A stretch of 64,000 bases of DNA from an uncultured Pseudomonadota bacterium (GCA_949295915.1 CASFNB010000003.1:8926-72925); one strand, 5' to 3'; numbered from the stretch's first letter, positions 8,493 to 19,025 are shown. Notes: generated by a model from the letters alone, not told the origin. Numbers and translations are program-made.

Positions 8493-10034
8493 TTAATCCA
8501 AGAGTTTTTGCATTTTAGCAAATTCTGCAAGCGAAGGAAGTTCATCTTTTTCTCTCATAACTTTTAACTCTTGCTTGATTTGCAAAATTTTCTTCTTGCT
8601 TTGCACATATTCGCGATATTTTTGCTCAAAGTTCTGCGAGAACTGATTAACATTTTGATTTTGTTCAGATAAAAATTTTATCTCTTCATCTTCATCCTTT
8701 TGTTCTGCCTTATCTCTAAAACACGCTATATTCACGGCATCGACCAAACCATCTGATTCTCCATCTAATCCATATAATTCAGAAAACAAATGGGCTGGAA
8801 CCTCTTCTTTAGGAAGTCTTAAAAATAGTTTTCCTGCTTCTCTTAACTTCGATTGAGATGCTAAAAAGAAAAAATGTTCCCAATTTTCTTCTATTTGATA
8901 ACATTTGTTGCGATATATTTTCCAATATATGTCTTTTATGGTATCTCTAACCTGATTGAGTGAAATGCTTGTTGCTTGCGTATATTCTACAAAATATTTA
9001 CTAAGCGAAGCTAATGCCATTGAAAACTCCATTTTCACATCAGCAAGCAATTCCAGCACATTGCTTGTGTAGAAAAATGCTCGATTAGGACAATCTTCCG
9101 TGCTAGGTTGGATAAAACGCTCATGCCATAACCAGTCATTCTCTCCTTTTGCAAAATCACCATATATCAATGACATCTCAAGAGACAAATGGTTATCAAT
9201 ATTATAATCTCCGTTCTCTCCATTTTTTTGGTAAACATGCCAATATAGATAATGAATGATTTCTATTGGAGAAAGAAGTGATGAAGCTTGAATATCCCAA
9301 TCGTGAAGTCTTTGTTTGAGACATTTCTCTCCATTAAGAAGCTGATGTTGTTTTTCATAATAGGGTTCATGCTCTATTTTATAAAAATTGATTGCACCTA
9401 TATTGAAACAAATCGGCTCATAAATACATTCCTCATACCAAGAATCTTCATATTTACCGGTTATGAATCTATCCTCATCTCCGCTATTGCTTGACAACCA
9501 TTTACAAAAAGTTCGCTTTTCATTAGTTTTTTTCTTATCTAAAAAACCATAATTAATTTCATCATTTCTTACGGAATTTGCAAAATCTCGAAAACAAATT
9601 TGTCCCGACATAACATCAAAATAAACCTTGATGATTTCTAATTTATTATCAAAAGAAAGCCAACTATTTTCCCAATTTTTATTACTATATTTACCTGTCA
9701 TTTGAGTAAATATAGTATTAGTGCCTGGAATTTGATTTAAAATCGAACATAAGTCATTTTTAGGTTCTGAATTTTGCTTAACGTTAGCATATTCTTTGAC
9801 CAATCTTTTCCAACTCCAACCTTGCTTTGGCTTATAAGCTATGGTTTCATAAACCAAGTTATAACCTAAGCTATTGTCAAAACATTTTGGCTTGTTTTCA
9901 GGTTTGAATCGCACTTGTGCAAAAAATACATCACAGCAATAATAGCCATTATCTCGCAGATATTTGCTTAAAAAAGCACGCATTAATCGTGTGTCCAAAA
10001 ACTCCGGACGTAAGCTAAAATAAAAATTTTCCAT
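8493..10034 (-). CDS. Hypothetical protein (513 aa, AT-rich ORFan)
   Basis: Long ORF with its own promoter (TTGAAA-17-TAAGAT, ~10099-10071) and a coiled-coil-like C-terminus. No family recognised. Confidence 0.75.
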   Translation of the reverse strand: MENFYFSLRPEFLDTRLMRAFLSKYLRDNGYYCCDVFFAQVRFKPENKPKCFDNSLGYNLVYETIAYKPKQGWSWKRLVKEYANVKQNSEPKNDLCSILNQIPGTNTIFTQMTGKYSNKNWENSWLSFDNKLEIIKVYFDVMSGQICFRDFANSVRNDEINYGFLDKKKTNEKRTFCKWLSSNSGDEDRFITGKYEDSWYEECIYEPICFNIGAINFYKIEHEPYYEKQHQLLNGEKCLKQRLHDWDIQASSLLSPIEIIHYLYWHVYQKNGENGDYNIDNHLSLEMSLIYGDFAKGENDWLWHERFIQPSTEDCPNRAFFYTSNVLELLADVKMEFSMALASLSKYFVEYTQATSISLNQVRDTIKDIYWKIYRNKCYQIEENWEHFFFLASQSKLREAGKLFLRLPKEEVPAHLFSELYGLDGESDGLVDAVNIACFRDKAEQKDEDEEIKFLSEQNQNVNQFSQNFEQKYREYVQSKKKILQIKQELKVMREKDELPSLAEFAKMQKLLD

Positions 10035-10103
10035 AATATATAAGTTTAAATAATTTATTTTCTAAACAAGATCTTATATTCATTTCTTCAAAATTTCAAG
10101 CAT

Positions 10104-10134
10104 AAAAAAGCCTCTCATTTGAGAGGCTTTTTTT
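10104..10134. terminator. Intrinsic terminator of the stress operon
   Basis: AAAAAAGCCTCTC-ATTT-GAGAGGCTTTTTTT. Confidence 0.85.
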
Positions 10135-10139
10135 CTTTC

Positions 10140-11162
10140 TTATTGCAGATTTTGCTTAAAAAAGCTTTCAATCTTATCAAAGGGGATTTTTTCCATATTG
10201 TCATACAAATCAACATGATTTGCGCCTTTGATAATCATCAGCTCTTTATTCTTACCTTGCAGTTTTTTGAACGCATCTTCACTAAAATAGCGGCTATGTG
10301 CTTTTTCGCCGTGGAGCATCAGCACCGGCGTTTTAATCTCACCGGCATAGCTTAATATCGGCATATTGATAAAGGACAAGGAAGATGTCATATTCCAATT
10401 GCCGTTTGAGTTGATAGAGCGTTTGTGAAAACCGCGTTTGGTCTTATAATATCCATAATAGTCTTGCACAAATTGCGGCTCGTTTCCGCTTAATTTTTCC
10501 GGCAAGCCCGGAGCTTTGGCATATGTGCCATCCTTATAATCTTGTGTGCGTTGAGCGTTCAACTGTTCTCTTAACTCATAACGCGCTTTGGCATCCATAG
10601 CATCAAAATAGCCATTGGCGTTTACCCTGCTCATGTCATACATGGTAGAAGTTACAGTTGCTTTGATTCTTGTATCCATAGCAGCGGCATTCAAAGCAAA
10701 GCCACCAAAGCCGCAAATGCCGATGATACCGATTTTATCTGCATTGACTTCCGGCAAGGTGCTCAGATAATCAACGGCGGCACTGAAATCTTCGGTATTA
10801 ATGTCCGGAGAAGCCACATTTCTTGGTTTGCCGCAGCTTTCGCCGGTGTATGACGGGTCAAAAGCCAGCGCAATAAAACCTTTTTCTGCCATATTCATGG
10901 CATATAAGCCTGAAGCTTGCTCTTTAACCGCACCAAACGGACCGGATACGGCAATTGCCGGAAGTTTCTCTTTGCCTAAATTTTTCGGCATATATAAATC
11001 ACCGACCAACTTAATTCCATAGCGGTTGTGAAAGCTGACTTTTTTAACATCTACCTTATCGCTTTTGGCAAAGGTTTTATCCCAAACGCAACAAGAATAT
11101 ATTTTCCAAGACACGGCTGCTACAACAACCAAGCCTATCACAACACTCAAAATCATTTTCAT
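10140..11162 (-). CDS. Alpha/beta hydrolase (YcjY-like, Cys nucleophile) with N-terminal signal/anchor
   Basis: GPFGAVKEQ, AFDPSYTGES, GICGFGG, GANHVDLYD. Confidence 0.9.
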   Translation of the reverse strand: MKMILSVVIGLVVVAAVSWKIYSCCVWDKTFAKSDKVDVKKVSFHNRYGIKLVGDLYMPKNLGKEKLPAIAVSGPFGAVKEQASGLYAMNMAEKGFIALAFDPSYTGESCGKPRNVASPDINTEDFSAAVDYLSTLPEVNADKIGIIGICGFGGFALNAAAMDTRIKATVTSTMYDMSRVNANGYFDAMDAKARYELREQLNAQRTQDYKDGTYAKAPGLPEKLSGNEPQFVQDYYGYYKTKRGFHKRSINSNGNWNMTSSLSFINMPILSYAGEIKTPVLMLHGEKAHSRYFSEDAFKKLQGKNKELMIIKGANHVDLYDNMEKIPFDKIESFFKQNLQ

Positions 11163-11177
11163 TTTATCTCCTTTGTT

Positions 11178-11717
11178 TTATGCGTTTTTGCCCATTTCAT
11201 AGGCTTCTTTCATCGCCGGCTTATTTTTGATTTCTCCTGCCTGCCATGCACCCAAACCATAAACAATACCTTTTTCTTTAGCATTATCCAAGCAATCGAG
11301 CGTGAAACCGCGCAGACCTTCAATCACTTTTTCAACAGCAGCTTTTCTGTCATCTGCCGCCGTGATGATATAATAAAAATCTTTATTGCTGATTTCGGTG
11401 TATCTTGGAACACATCTATCAATAAAGGTTTTCATTTGGCCGTTCATGGCATAGAAATAAACCGGTGTTGCCAAAACAATTACATCAGCTTCGACCATTT
11501 TATCAACCAACTCTGCCATATCGTCTTTTTGAACGCATTTGTGCGTATCGTTACAAACACCACAACCTAAGCAGAAATTAATCTTCTTATCTCTTAAAAA
11601 GATTTTTTCAACCTTATTTCCGGCCTCTGTTGCGCCTTTGATAAATTCATCAGCCAAAGTATCTGAATTGCCGCCTTTGCGATAGCTTGATGAAATCACT
11701 AATATTTTTTTACTCAT
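11178..11717 (-). CDS. Iron-sulfur flavoprotein / multimeric flavodoxin (NADPH-dependent FMN reductase family)
   Basis: SSYRKGGNS, CLGCGVC..C..DDM, ATPVYFY..QMKTFIDR. Confidence 0.9.
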   Translation of the reverse strand: MSKKILVISSSYRKGGNSDTLADEFIKGATEAGNKVEKIFLRDKKINFCLGCGVCNDTHKCVQKDDMAELVDKMVEADVIVLATPVYFYAMNGQMKTFIDRCVPRYTEISNKDFYYIITAADDRKAAVEKVIEGLRGFTLDCLDNAKEKGIVYGLGAWQAGEIKNKPAMKEAYEMGKNA

Positions 11718-12267
11718 TTTTTAATCCTTCCAACCATTCTTTAACACTACTTCCGGCCATAGAGGCAAAACTGCCGCGAAATGCCTCAGCACCTGTTACA
11801 TTGGCTTCAGGAATAATGCTCTTAATATCAGAAACACTATGTCCTAAACCACTGCCGCCATGGGTCATAAACGGTACAACGGTCTTACCCTTAAAATCAT
11901 TCTCGGTTAAAAAAGTGCGTACCGGAGAAGCAATTGTTCCCCACCAGCAAGGAGAGCCGACAAACACCACATCATATTGGCTTAAATCTACCTTGGCGTT
12001 TTTAATGGCCGGTGTCATTTTCTCTTGTACTTCTTTTTTGGCTTGTTCTGTGGTTTGTCGATAATCCTCAGGATAAGCATTAACCGGTTCAATTACCAAA
12101 ATATCTGCACCCAAATTCTCTTTAATCTTTTCGGCAATAGCTTCAGTATTTCCGGTTTTGGAATAATATGCCACCAAGACCTTATCTTGTGGTTTGATGA
12201 CTTGCGCCGATACATTACCGGCAACAAATATACTACCAATCATGGCTAATAGTCCCATAATTTTCAT
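11710..12267 (-). CDS. Flavodoxin (Flavodoxin_4 type) with signal peptide
   Basis: YYSKTGNT, GSPCWWGT, PFMTHGGSG; start at ATG 12267 after GGGAG. Confidence 0.9.
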   Translation of the reverse strand: MKIMGLLAMIGSIFVAGNVSAQVIKPQDKVLVAYYSKTGNTEAIAEKIKENLGADILVIEPVNAYPEDYRQTTEQAKKEVQEKMTPAIKNAKVDLSQYDVVFVGSPCWWGTIASPVRTFLTENDFKGKTVVPFMTHGGSGLGHSVSDIKSIIPEANVTGAEAFRGSFASMAGSSVKEWLEGLKNE

Positions 12268-12268
12268 C

Positions 12269-13063
12269 TTATTCTCCCTTATATGTTTCATTGATTATCG
12301 TAATAGCATTCAGGCTCCGCGGATAACCGATATATGGCAACATCTCGGTTACGGCATCAAGCAACATTTGCTTATCATTGCCGACATTCTTATTGGCACC
12401 GGCATGAGCTTTGGCTTGCGGTTCCACGCCACCCATAGCCACCAAAACGCTAAAGGTAATCAGTTCACGTTGTTTGATATCTAAACCGCTTCTGGTGTAA
12501 TAATCGCCAAAGCAGTTAGCTGAAAGATAATCTTGAATATGTTTCAGTTCTTCCGGCGCATTGGCGCGCATAGAATCAATATTCTCTTTACCAAAAATAT
12601 CTCTTTGTGTATCCAAGCCTTTTTGTAATCTGTTCTCTACCGTGGTGTTTGATTGTCCCTCTAACGGCAATTTGATACCTGCCTTTTGCATTTCTTCATT
12701 AGTCACGAGCAAAAAGTCATAACCTTTGGCAAAACCTGCATAAGGCACGGTTTGGTACAAAGTTTCTTTTATCACAATCGGATCAATGCCTTGTGCTAAA
12801 GCCTCTCTTATAACATTGCGATAATTTTCTTTACCGCCGGCGCCGATATGAGCTGCCATTTTAACTGCCGTGCGCATATTTTTATCCAGCTTGCCATGCG
12901 GTTCGACATCGTTTTTAACAAAGTTTTGCCAAAGTGCAGCAAACTCCGGGTCGGTTTTATTAATATCCGTCATTTTGTTTCCTCTTATCCAATAGCCGGT
13001 TGAGGCAGCGGCAATGATAACCACTGCCGCCGTCAAACAAATTTTTTTATTTATACTCGGCAT
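12269..13063 (-). CDS. Carboxymuconolactone decarboxylase (AhpD-like) family protein, two domains
   Basis: LSANCFGDYYTRSGLD..RELIT, PYIGYPRSLNA. Alternative start at ATG 12973 with a strong RBS. Confidence 0.9.
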   Translation of the reverse strand: MPSINKKICLTAAVVIIAAASTGYWIRGNKMTDINKTDPEFAALWQNFVKNDVEPHGKLDKNMRTAVKMAAHIGAGGKENYRNVIREALAQGIDPIVIKETLYQTVPYAGFAKGYDFLLVTNEEMQKAGIKLPLEGQSNTTVENRLQKGLDTQRDIFGKENIDSMRANAPEELKHIQDYLSANCFGDYYTRSGLDIKQRELITFSVLVAMGGVEPQAKAHAGANKNVGNDKQMLLDAVTEMLPYIGYPRSLNAITIINETYKGE

Positions 13064-13517
13064 CGCTTACAGGCTCCAACCAAGTGGACTTGTTATTTGC
13101 GCCGTTGCTCTCGATGGAAATGTGAACAAACCAGCTGTTTGGCGCAGCGCCGTGCCAATGTTCCACCTCGGGCGGAATGCGAACAACATCGCCTTTGTGC
13201 AAAATTTGAATTTCTTTGCCCCGTTCCTGATATCTGCCCTCGCCTCCGGTCACGAGCAAGATTTGTCCGCCGCTGTGTTTGTGCCAGTTGGTTCTTGCTC
13301 CGGGTTCAAAAGTAACGTTTCCAACGGGTGCGTTCCAAATATCATCTTTTACGCTCAGCATATTCAAATAAGTTTGTCCGGTGAAAAACTCGGAATAAGG
13401 ATTTATTTCTCCTTGTTTGAAAATTGTATCAACTTCACTTGTTTTCATTTCTTGTGCCTTGGTTATAGTTGTCCCTAGCAGCAGACTCATGCCTGCTAAC
13501 ATCAAAAGTTTTTTCAT
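13047..13517 (-). CDS. Cupin domain protein with signal peptide
   Basis: VTFEPGARTNWHKH..GQIL, IPPEVEHWHGA. Confidence 0.9.
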   Translation of the reverse strand: MKKLLMLAGMSLLLGTTITKAQEMKTSEVDTIFKQGEINPYSEFFTGQTYLNMLSVKDDIWNAPVGNVTFEPGARTNWHKHSGGQILLVTGGEGRYQERGKEIQILHKGDVVRIPPEVEHWHGAAPNSWFVHISIESNGANNKSTWLEPVSDAEYK

Positions 13518-13527
13518 TGTCTTCTCC

Positions 13528-14697
13528 TTACTTGTAAGAAGCCTGATAAATGGCGACGCAGTCTTCTTTGCTTAATTTTATACGGTCGCAAGCAAACAAG
13601 AAGCCCATGCAATCTAAAGCATTTTCTGCCATTGCCGGGAATTCTTCAGGCTTAATGCCATATTCAGACATTTTCAAATCTGCCACGCCGCAATCTTCTT
13701 GCAATTTTACCAGAGCTTTGATGAAGTCCATCGGCTCTTTGGCGTTTTCCATACCCAAAGCTTTGGCCATTTTTACAAATCTGTCATCGCAAACGTGTTG
13801 ATTGATAAAGTGGGTGTAATAAGCCTTACTAATCATAATCAAACCGGCTCCGTGCGGAAGTTCTTGATGATATGCCGACAAAGCGTGCTCCAAAGAGTGC
13901 TCACTGGTACAAGTTCCAACCGTCATAACAAAACCGGACATGGTGTTGCCGTAAGCAACTTTTTCTCTGGCTTCAACATTTTTACCGTTTCTAACGGTTT
14001 CTGCCAAATTGCGCCCGACATTTTCAATCACGCTCAATGCCAACATATCGGTCATCAAATTAGCTTTATTGGAAATGTAGCCTTCCACACTATGAAACAA
14101 AGCATCAAAACCTTGATAAGCCGTCATGTGCGGCGGAACGGTGATCATCAATTCCGGATCAACAATCGAAACAATCGGAAAGGAATATTCTGAAAAGAAA
14201 GCTGTCTTTTCATTGGTTTCGGGGTTGGTAATGACGGCGCCGTTATCTGCTTCCGAACCCGTACCGGCGGTGGTGGTGATGGTTACCAAAGGCAATGGTT
14301 TATTTTGCAAGGCTTTTTTCTTACCTTTACCAAATTGGATATAGTCCCACAAGTCGCCGTCGTTGGTCGCCATGGCGGCAATGGCTTTGGAAGCGTCCAT
14401 AACACTTCCGCCACCCAAAGCAACAACCACGTCACAATTATTTTTTCTGGCGGCTTCAGCCCCTCTCATCACGGTTGATTTCAACGGATTAGGCTCAACC
14501 TCATTAAACAAAACAAATTCCAAACCGGCTTTTTTCAACTGTTCTTCAACTCTGTCCAAATAGCCGTTGGCTTTGGCGGATTTACCGTTAGAAATAACCA
14601 ATAAAGCCTTTTTGCCGCCCAAGTTTTGTTTGTGCAGGTTGTTTAATTCTCCGGCACCAAACAGAATGCGCGTGGGCAAATAAAATTCAAAACTCAT
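13528..14697 (-). CDS. Iron-containing alcohol dehydrogenase
   Basis: ALGGGSVMDASK, TTAGTGSE, DALFHSVE, EHSLEH, PHGAGL. Confidence 0.95.
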   Translation of the reverse strand: MSFEFYLPTRILFGAGELNNLHKQNLGGKKALLVISNGKSAKANGYLDRVEEQLKKAGLEFVLFNEVEPNPLKSTVMRGAEAARKNNCDVVVALGGGSVMDASKAIAAMATNDGDLWDYIQFGKGKKKALQNKPLPLVTITTTAGTGSEADNGAVITNPETNEKTAFFSEYSFPIVSIVDPELMITVPPHMTAYQGFDALFHSVEGYISNKANLMTDMLALSVIENVGRNLAETVRNGKNVEAREKVAYGNTMSGFVMTVGTCTSEHSLEHALSAYHQELPHGAGLIMISKAYYTHFINQHVCDDRFVKMAKALGMENAKEPMDFIKALVKLQEDCGVADLKMSEYGIKPEEFPAMAENALDCMGFLFACDRIKLSKEDCVAIYQASYK

Positions 14698-14744
14698 TTT
14701 GTTTTCTCCTTTAAAATTGAGGTTAACGAATCTTTCTGTAACAA

Positions 14745-14775
14745 AGCTTAATCTTTAGAGTTAACTCTAAGTCAA
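14745..14775 (-). promoter_or_regulatory. MerR(AdhR)-type promoter with dyad operator
   Basis: Minus strand TTGACT, 19 bp spacer, TAAGCT, containing the perfect palindrome TTAGAGTTAACTCTAA (14755-14770); divergent merR gene adjacent. Confidence 0.9.
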
Positions 14776-14837
14776 GACTTTTATTGACATTCATTTTATT
14801 TTTTTCTATCTTGAGGATAACTTTAAGGAGATTAAAA

Positions 14838-15266
14838 ATGAGTTACTCTATCGGCGAAGCTGCCAAAATGGTCGGTTTGACTGCGCATACCTTGCGTTTT
14901 TATGACAAAGAAGGTTTGCTACCTTTTGTGAAAAAAACTTCTTCCGGTCTGCGTGCCTTTACCGAATCTGATATTGAGTGGCTGAAAATTATTGAATGCC
15001 TCAAAGGAACAGGTCTGCCCCTCAAACAAATTAAACAATATATCGACTGGTGCATGGAAGGCGATTCCACTATTCCGCAGCGTCTTAATATGTTTATTGA
15101 GCAGAAAAAACGTGTGGAAGAACAAAAAGCCAAATGGGAAAAGCACTTGGAAAAAATCAATTTTAAGATTAAATATTATGAAGATGCCGCAAAACACGGC
15201 GACCTTAATGTTTTTGAACGCAACCCCAAACTTCTCGAAGAAAAAAAGAGACTTTTTGAAGACTAA
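14838..15266 (+). CDS. MerR-family regulator, AdhR/NmlR-like
   Basis: YSIGEAAK..HTLRFYDKEGLLP, IECLKGTG with conserved Cys; AAGGAG RBS. Confidence 0.92.
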   Translation: MSYSIGEAAKMVGLTAHTLRFYDKEGLLPFVKKTSSGLRAFTESDIEWLKIIECLKGTGLPLKQIKQYIDWCMEGDSTIPQRLNMFIEQKKRVEEQKAKWEKHLEKINFKIKYYEDAAKHGDLNVFERNPKLLEEKKRLFED

Positions 15267-15356
15267 ATATCCGTTGCATAGACTTTGAGTTGTATTGACA
15301 ATCTTCTTTTTTTGTTTACGCTAACTATAAATGGACTTAAAAACAAGGAGAAGAAG

Positions 15357-16958
15357 ATGAAAGTTGTGATTATCGGCGGTGGTGCCGGCGGTGCAAGTTG
15401 TGCTGCACGGTTAAGACGTTTGAACGAACAAACCGAAATTGTCATTTTGGAAAAAACAAACGAAATTTCCATCGCTAACTGCGGCCTTCCCTACTATTGC
15501 GGAAATGTGATTGCTGACCGTGATGATTTGATGGTTTCTTCTCCCGAACATTTTGAAAATGTTTTTAATATCAACGTCAAACTTAATAGCGAAGTTAGCA
15601 AAATCAATCCTGCATCAAAAACAGTTACAACACTCAACGGCGAAGAAATTTCTTACGACAAGTTGGTAATTGCTACCGGCGGTAAACCTTTTGTGCCGCC
15701 GCTTGACGGTTGGGGCAATATGCCGCATTTTACCATTCGTCATCTTGCAGATGCCGATGCCGTAAAAAAATATATCACCGAAAATCAGCCCAAAACCGCC
15801 AGCGTTATCGGTGGGGGGTTTATCGGTGTGGAAATGGCTGAAAATCTCATTGAAGCCGGCTTAAAAGTTAATTTGATTGAGTTAGCGCCGCAAGTTCTGG
15901 CACCGCTTGATGAAGATATGGTCGGCATGATTCACAAAGAGCTCAAAGACAAAGGAATCAATCTTTATCTTAACACCAGCATCAATGCCGTTCTGCCCAA
16001 ACAATTTAATCTTGCTTCCGGCGAAACCCTCGAATCGGATATGCTCATCCTAGCCCTCGGCGTGCGTCCCGAAACTAAAATTGCCGCCGATGCCGGTATT
16101 GAAACGCTTGCCACAGGTGCTATTCGTACCAACGAATTTATGCAGACCAATTTTGTCGATATTTATGCTTGTGGCGATAATGTTGCGGTCAAGGATTTTG
16201 TTGACGGTGCTGAAACAACCATTGCGCTTGCCGGTCCGGCTAATCGTCAAGGTCGCCTGATTGCCGACCATATTTGCGGCAACCCTTATCCTTATAACGG
16301 CTCTCAGGGCTCCGGCGTGGTCAAAGTCTTTAATCTTACCGCTGCTTTTACCGGTAATAATGAAAGACAGCTCAAAAAGAAAAATATTGCTTACAAAAAG
16401 ATGTTGATTTGGGGAAAATCTCATGCCGGATATTATCCAAACTCTACACCTTTGGCTTTGAAGGTTCTTTACAATGCCGAAGGAAAAATTCTCGGCGCTC
16501 AAGCTATCGGCACGGAAGGTGTGGATAAGAGAATCGATATTATCGCAACCATTATGCGCTTGAACGGTACTTACAAAGATTTGCGTGATGCCGAGCTTTG
16601 CTATGCCCCGCCATATTCTTCCGCCAAAGACCCGATTAATCTTATTGGTATGGCGATTCAAAATGTGGAAGAAAATCGTCTTAAACCTTATTTTGGCACC
16701 GATTTTCAAGATATGTTTGTAATAGACGTTCGCTCTCCTTCCATGCACAAAGCCGGACATCTGCCCAATGCCATCAATATGCCTATTCCGCAGCTCAGAA
16801 AACATTTAAATGAGATTCCGCATAACCGCCCTATTCTCTTACACTGCATGATTGGTTATAACAGCTATCTGGCTTCTTGTATTTTGCGCCAAAACGGCTT
16901 TGACAATGTATTCAGTTATGCCGGCGGTTTTTCTCAATATAAAACTCAAAAGGACTAA
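15357..16958 (+). CDS. CoA-disulfide/persulfide reductase with C-terminal rhodanese domain
   Basis: IIGGGAGG, SIANCGLPYY redox Cys, IGGGFIGVE, YAPPYSSAKD, rhodanese IDVR..GHLPNA..HCMIG. Confidence 0.92.
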   Translation: MKVVIIGGGAGGASCAARLRRLNEQTEIVILEKTNEISIANCGLPYYCGNVIADRDDLMVSSPEHFENVFNINVKLNSEVSKINPASKTVTTLNGEEISYDKLVIATGGKPFVPPLDGWGNMPHFTIRHLADADAVKKYITENQPKTASVIGGGFIGVEMAENLIEAGLKVNLIELAPQVLAPLDEDMVGMIHKELKDKGINLYLNTSINAVLPKQFNLASGETLESDMLILALGVRPETKIAADAGIETLATGAIRTNEFMQTNFVDIYACGDNVAVKDFVDGAETTIALAGPANRQGRLIADHICGNPYPYNGSQGSGVVKVFNLTAAFTGNNERQLKKKNIAYKKMLIWGKSHAGYYPNSTPLALKVLYNAEGKILGAQAIGTEGVDKRIDIIATIMRLNGTYKDLRDAELCYAPPYSSAKDPINLIGMAIQNVEENRLKPYFGTDFQDMFVIDVRSPSMHKAGHLPNAINMPIPQLRKHLNEIPHNRPILLHCMIGYNSYLASCILRQNGFDNVFSYAGGFSQYKTQKD

Positions 16959-16961
16959 ATC

Positions 16962-17711
16962 ATGATTTTTTACTTTTCAGGAACCGGAAATTCGCAATGG
17001 GTGGCTGAAGAACTTGCGCACAAACTTTCTGACCGCGCCACTCCGATTATGGCGGCAAAATCTGATTATGCACCCTCTGCCGGAGAAAAAATCGGTTTTG
17101 TCTTTCCCATCTACGCATGGGATGCGCCAACTTGTATGTATAAATTTATTGAACAACTGAATATACAAACTAACAACTATATCTATATGGTTGCCACCTG
17201 CCATTCGCAAGCCGGCGGCGTTGATAAAGTTTTCCAAAAAGCGCTGGCAAAAAAAGGGCTTACCCTTCATGCCGCATTTTCTATCAATATGCCGAACAAC
17301 TATCTGTTGGCGCCGTTTGTGAAAACAGATTCCGAAAGCAAACGCAATCAGCTTTTAAGCAAAGCGCAAAACCGCTTAAAAGAAATTTCTGCTGCCGTTG
17401 AAGCTGAAAAAAATGTGGTTTCAATCAAACGCGGCTTATCTATTTTGAGCAAAATTGCGCCGCTTTTCCGCCGCTTTATGAATGACAAAGCCTTTTATGT
17501 TGAAAAAGCAAACTGCATCCAATGCGGTGTTTGCGCCAAAGTCTGCCCCATGAAAAATATCACGCTTACACCTTTCCCCGAGTGGAACGGTAATTGTGCC
17601 ATGTGTCAGGCCTGTTTGCACCATTGCCCCAAACATGCCATTCAATACGGACATTTTACTAAAGGAAAAAAGCGCTACTTTTTCAAAAAGGAATATCTGC
17701 CTCATGATTGA
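16962..17711 (+). CDS. EFR1-family flavodoxin-ferredoxin fusion
   Basis: FYFSGTGNS, FVFPIYAW, two CxxCxxCxxxCP motifs. Confidence 0.92.
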   Translation: MIFYFSGTGNSQWVAEELAHKLSDRATPIMAAKSDYAPSAGEKIGFVFPIYAWDAPTCMYKFIEQLNIQTNNYIYMVATCHSQAGGVDKVFQKALAKKGLTLHAAFSINMPNNYLLAPFVKTDSESKRNQLLSKAQNRLKEISAAVEAEKNVVSIKRGLSILSKIAPLFRRFMNDKAFYVEKANCIQCGVCAKVCPMKNITLTPFPEWNGNCAMCQACLHHCPKHAIQYGHFTKGKKRYFFKKEYLPHD

Positions 17712-18189
17712 GTGCTTTCCGCCGATTATTGATAATAATGCGCAAATTTTGATTATCGGAACCATGCCGAGCGTGAAATCTTTAAATGCCGCGGAATATT
17801 ATGCTCATCCGCGTAATGCGTTCTGGAAAATTATTGCCACTCTTTTTAACAATGGCGCAGATTTTTCTGATTTTGCTGAGAAGAAGGCTTGCATTCTCAA
17901 GAACCATCTTGCGCTTTGGGATAATCTTAAATTTTGTGAACGCAACGGTAGTTTGGACAGCAATATTAAAAATATGATTCCCAATGATTTTGAAACACTT
18001 TTGAAAAAGCATTCAAATATCCGTCGGTTGATTTTTAACGGACAAAAATCTTTTCAAATCTTCAAAAAATTTCACCCAGAACTCTTAGAAACATATCAAT
18101 ATTTTATTCTCCCCTCTACCGGCCCCGCCAACGCATCTCTTTCTTTTGACAAGAAATTGGTACTATGGCAAAAAGCATTGCTATTTTAG
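17704..18189 (+). CDS. DNA-deoxyinosine (hypoxanthine) glycosylase, UDG superfamily
   Basis: ILIIGTMPS..SL..YYAHPRNAFW, GSLDSNI, FNG, LPSTGPANA; start at ATG 17704. Confidence 0.9.
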   Translation: MIECFPPIIDNNAQILIIGTMPSVKSLNAAEYYAHPRNAFWKIIATLFNNGADFSDFAEKKACILKNHLALWDNLKFCERNGSLDSNIKNMIPNDFETLLKKHSNIRRLIFNGQKSFQIFKKFHPELLETYQYFILPSTGPANASLSFDKKLVLWQKALLF

Positions 18190-18275
18190 ACAAAAAAAAT
18201 CTTGATTCTTAACAAAAATAATGCTACCCCTAGTTTTGTATTAAGTATTTTTTGTTTCACTAAATATTATTAAGT

Positions 18276-19025
18276 ATGGAAAAGATTATTGTTTACATTG
18301 AACAAGTTACAAAACAACGCGATTTATCTTTGTATAATTGGCAAGAACTTGTTGATAAAGTTATTTTGCCTAAGATGGCCGGTCCTAAAAACAAGGCACA
18401 AAGCCGCTATATGATCAATGATATGTTTATGAACCTGCTCGCTAATTTTCCGCAAGAGATTTCTGAAAAAAATATTGTTTTGGCTCCGATTTTATTTGAA
18501 ATCGGTCTACAGCGTCTTTCTTGCGGTGCGGTTTTACACGATGACACTCCTTGGCCGGAACCCCTGCCAATGAAATATCGCGAATATTCATCTCGTTGGG
18601 ATGAGCGGCATGTGATGTCTGAAGGTTGCTACAATTTCATTATGAATGGTCTGGAGCAGAGCTTGAACTTCGAAATGACCCGAGATCACGCTTTGAAAAT
18701 TTTGTTTGGATTAATGGAATATACCGATGCAGCTGGAAATATTTATTCGGGATTTATGCTGAGTAGTTTTAAAGACAAGGCTACTCTACTTTATCGTCAT
18801 GCCGAAAAATTGGTTGAGAAATATGCTTCTTTTGAGGAAATTTATCCGTACTACGCACGTGCTGGCCAATGGAAAAAGCATATGCTCTATCTGAGCCTAA
18901 ACAAGGATAAAATCGATTGGGATGATTTCTTTAAAAAGTCGCAAGCTGTTACAAAAGGCAACTTTATCAGCCGTCGTTTACAAAGAAATGCAATTCGTAA
19001 ACAGATTGAAAATGCGTCGTTGTAA
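18276..19025 (+). CDS. Hypothetical protein (249 aa ORFan)
   Basis: Clean ORF followed by a terminator at ~19039-19070. No motif recognised. Confidence 0.7.
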   Translation: MEKIIVYIEQVTKQRDLSLYNWQELVDKVILPKMAGPKNKAQSRYMINDMFMNLLANFPQEISEKNIVLAPILFEIGLQRLSCGAVLHDDTPWPEPLPMKYREYSSRWDERHVMSEGCYNFIMNGLEQSLNFEMTRDHALKILFGLMEYTDAAGNIYSGFMLSSFKDKATLLYRHAEKLVEKYASFEEIYPYYARAGQWKKHMLYLSLNKDKIDWDDFFKKSQAVTKGNFISRRLQRNAIRKQIENASL

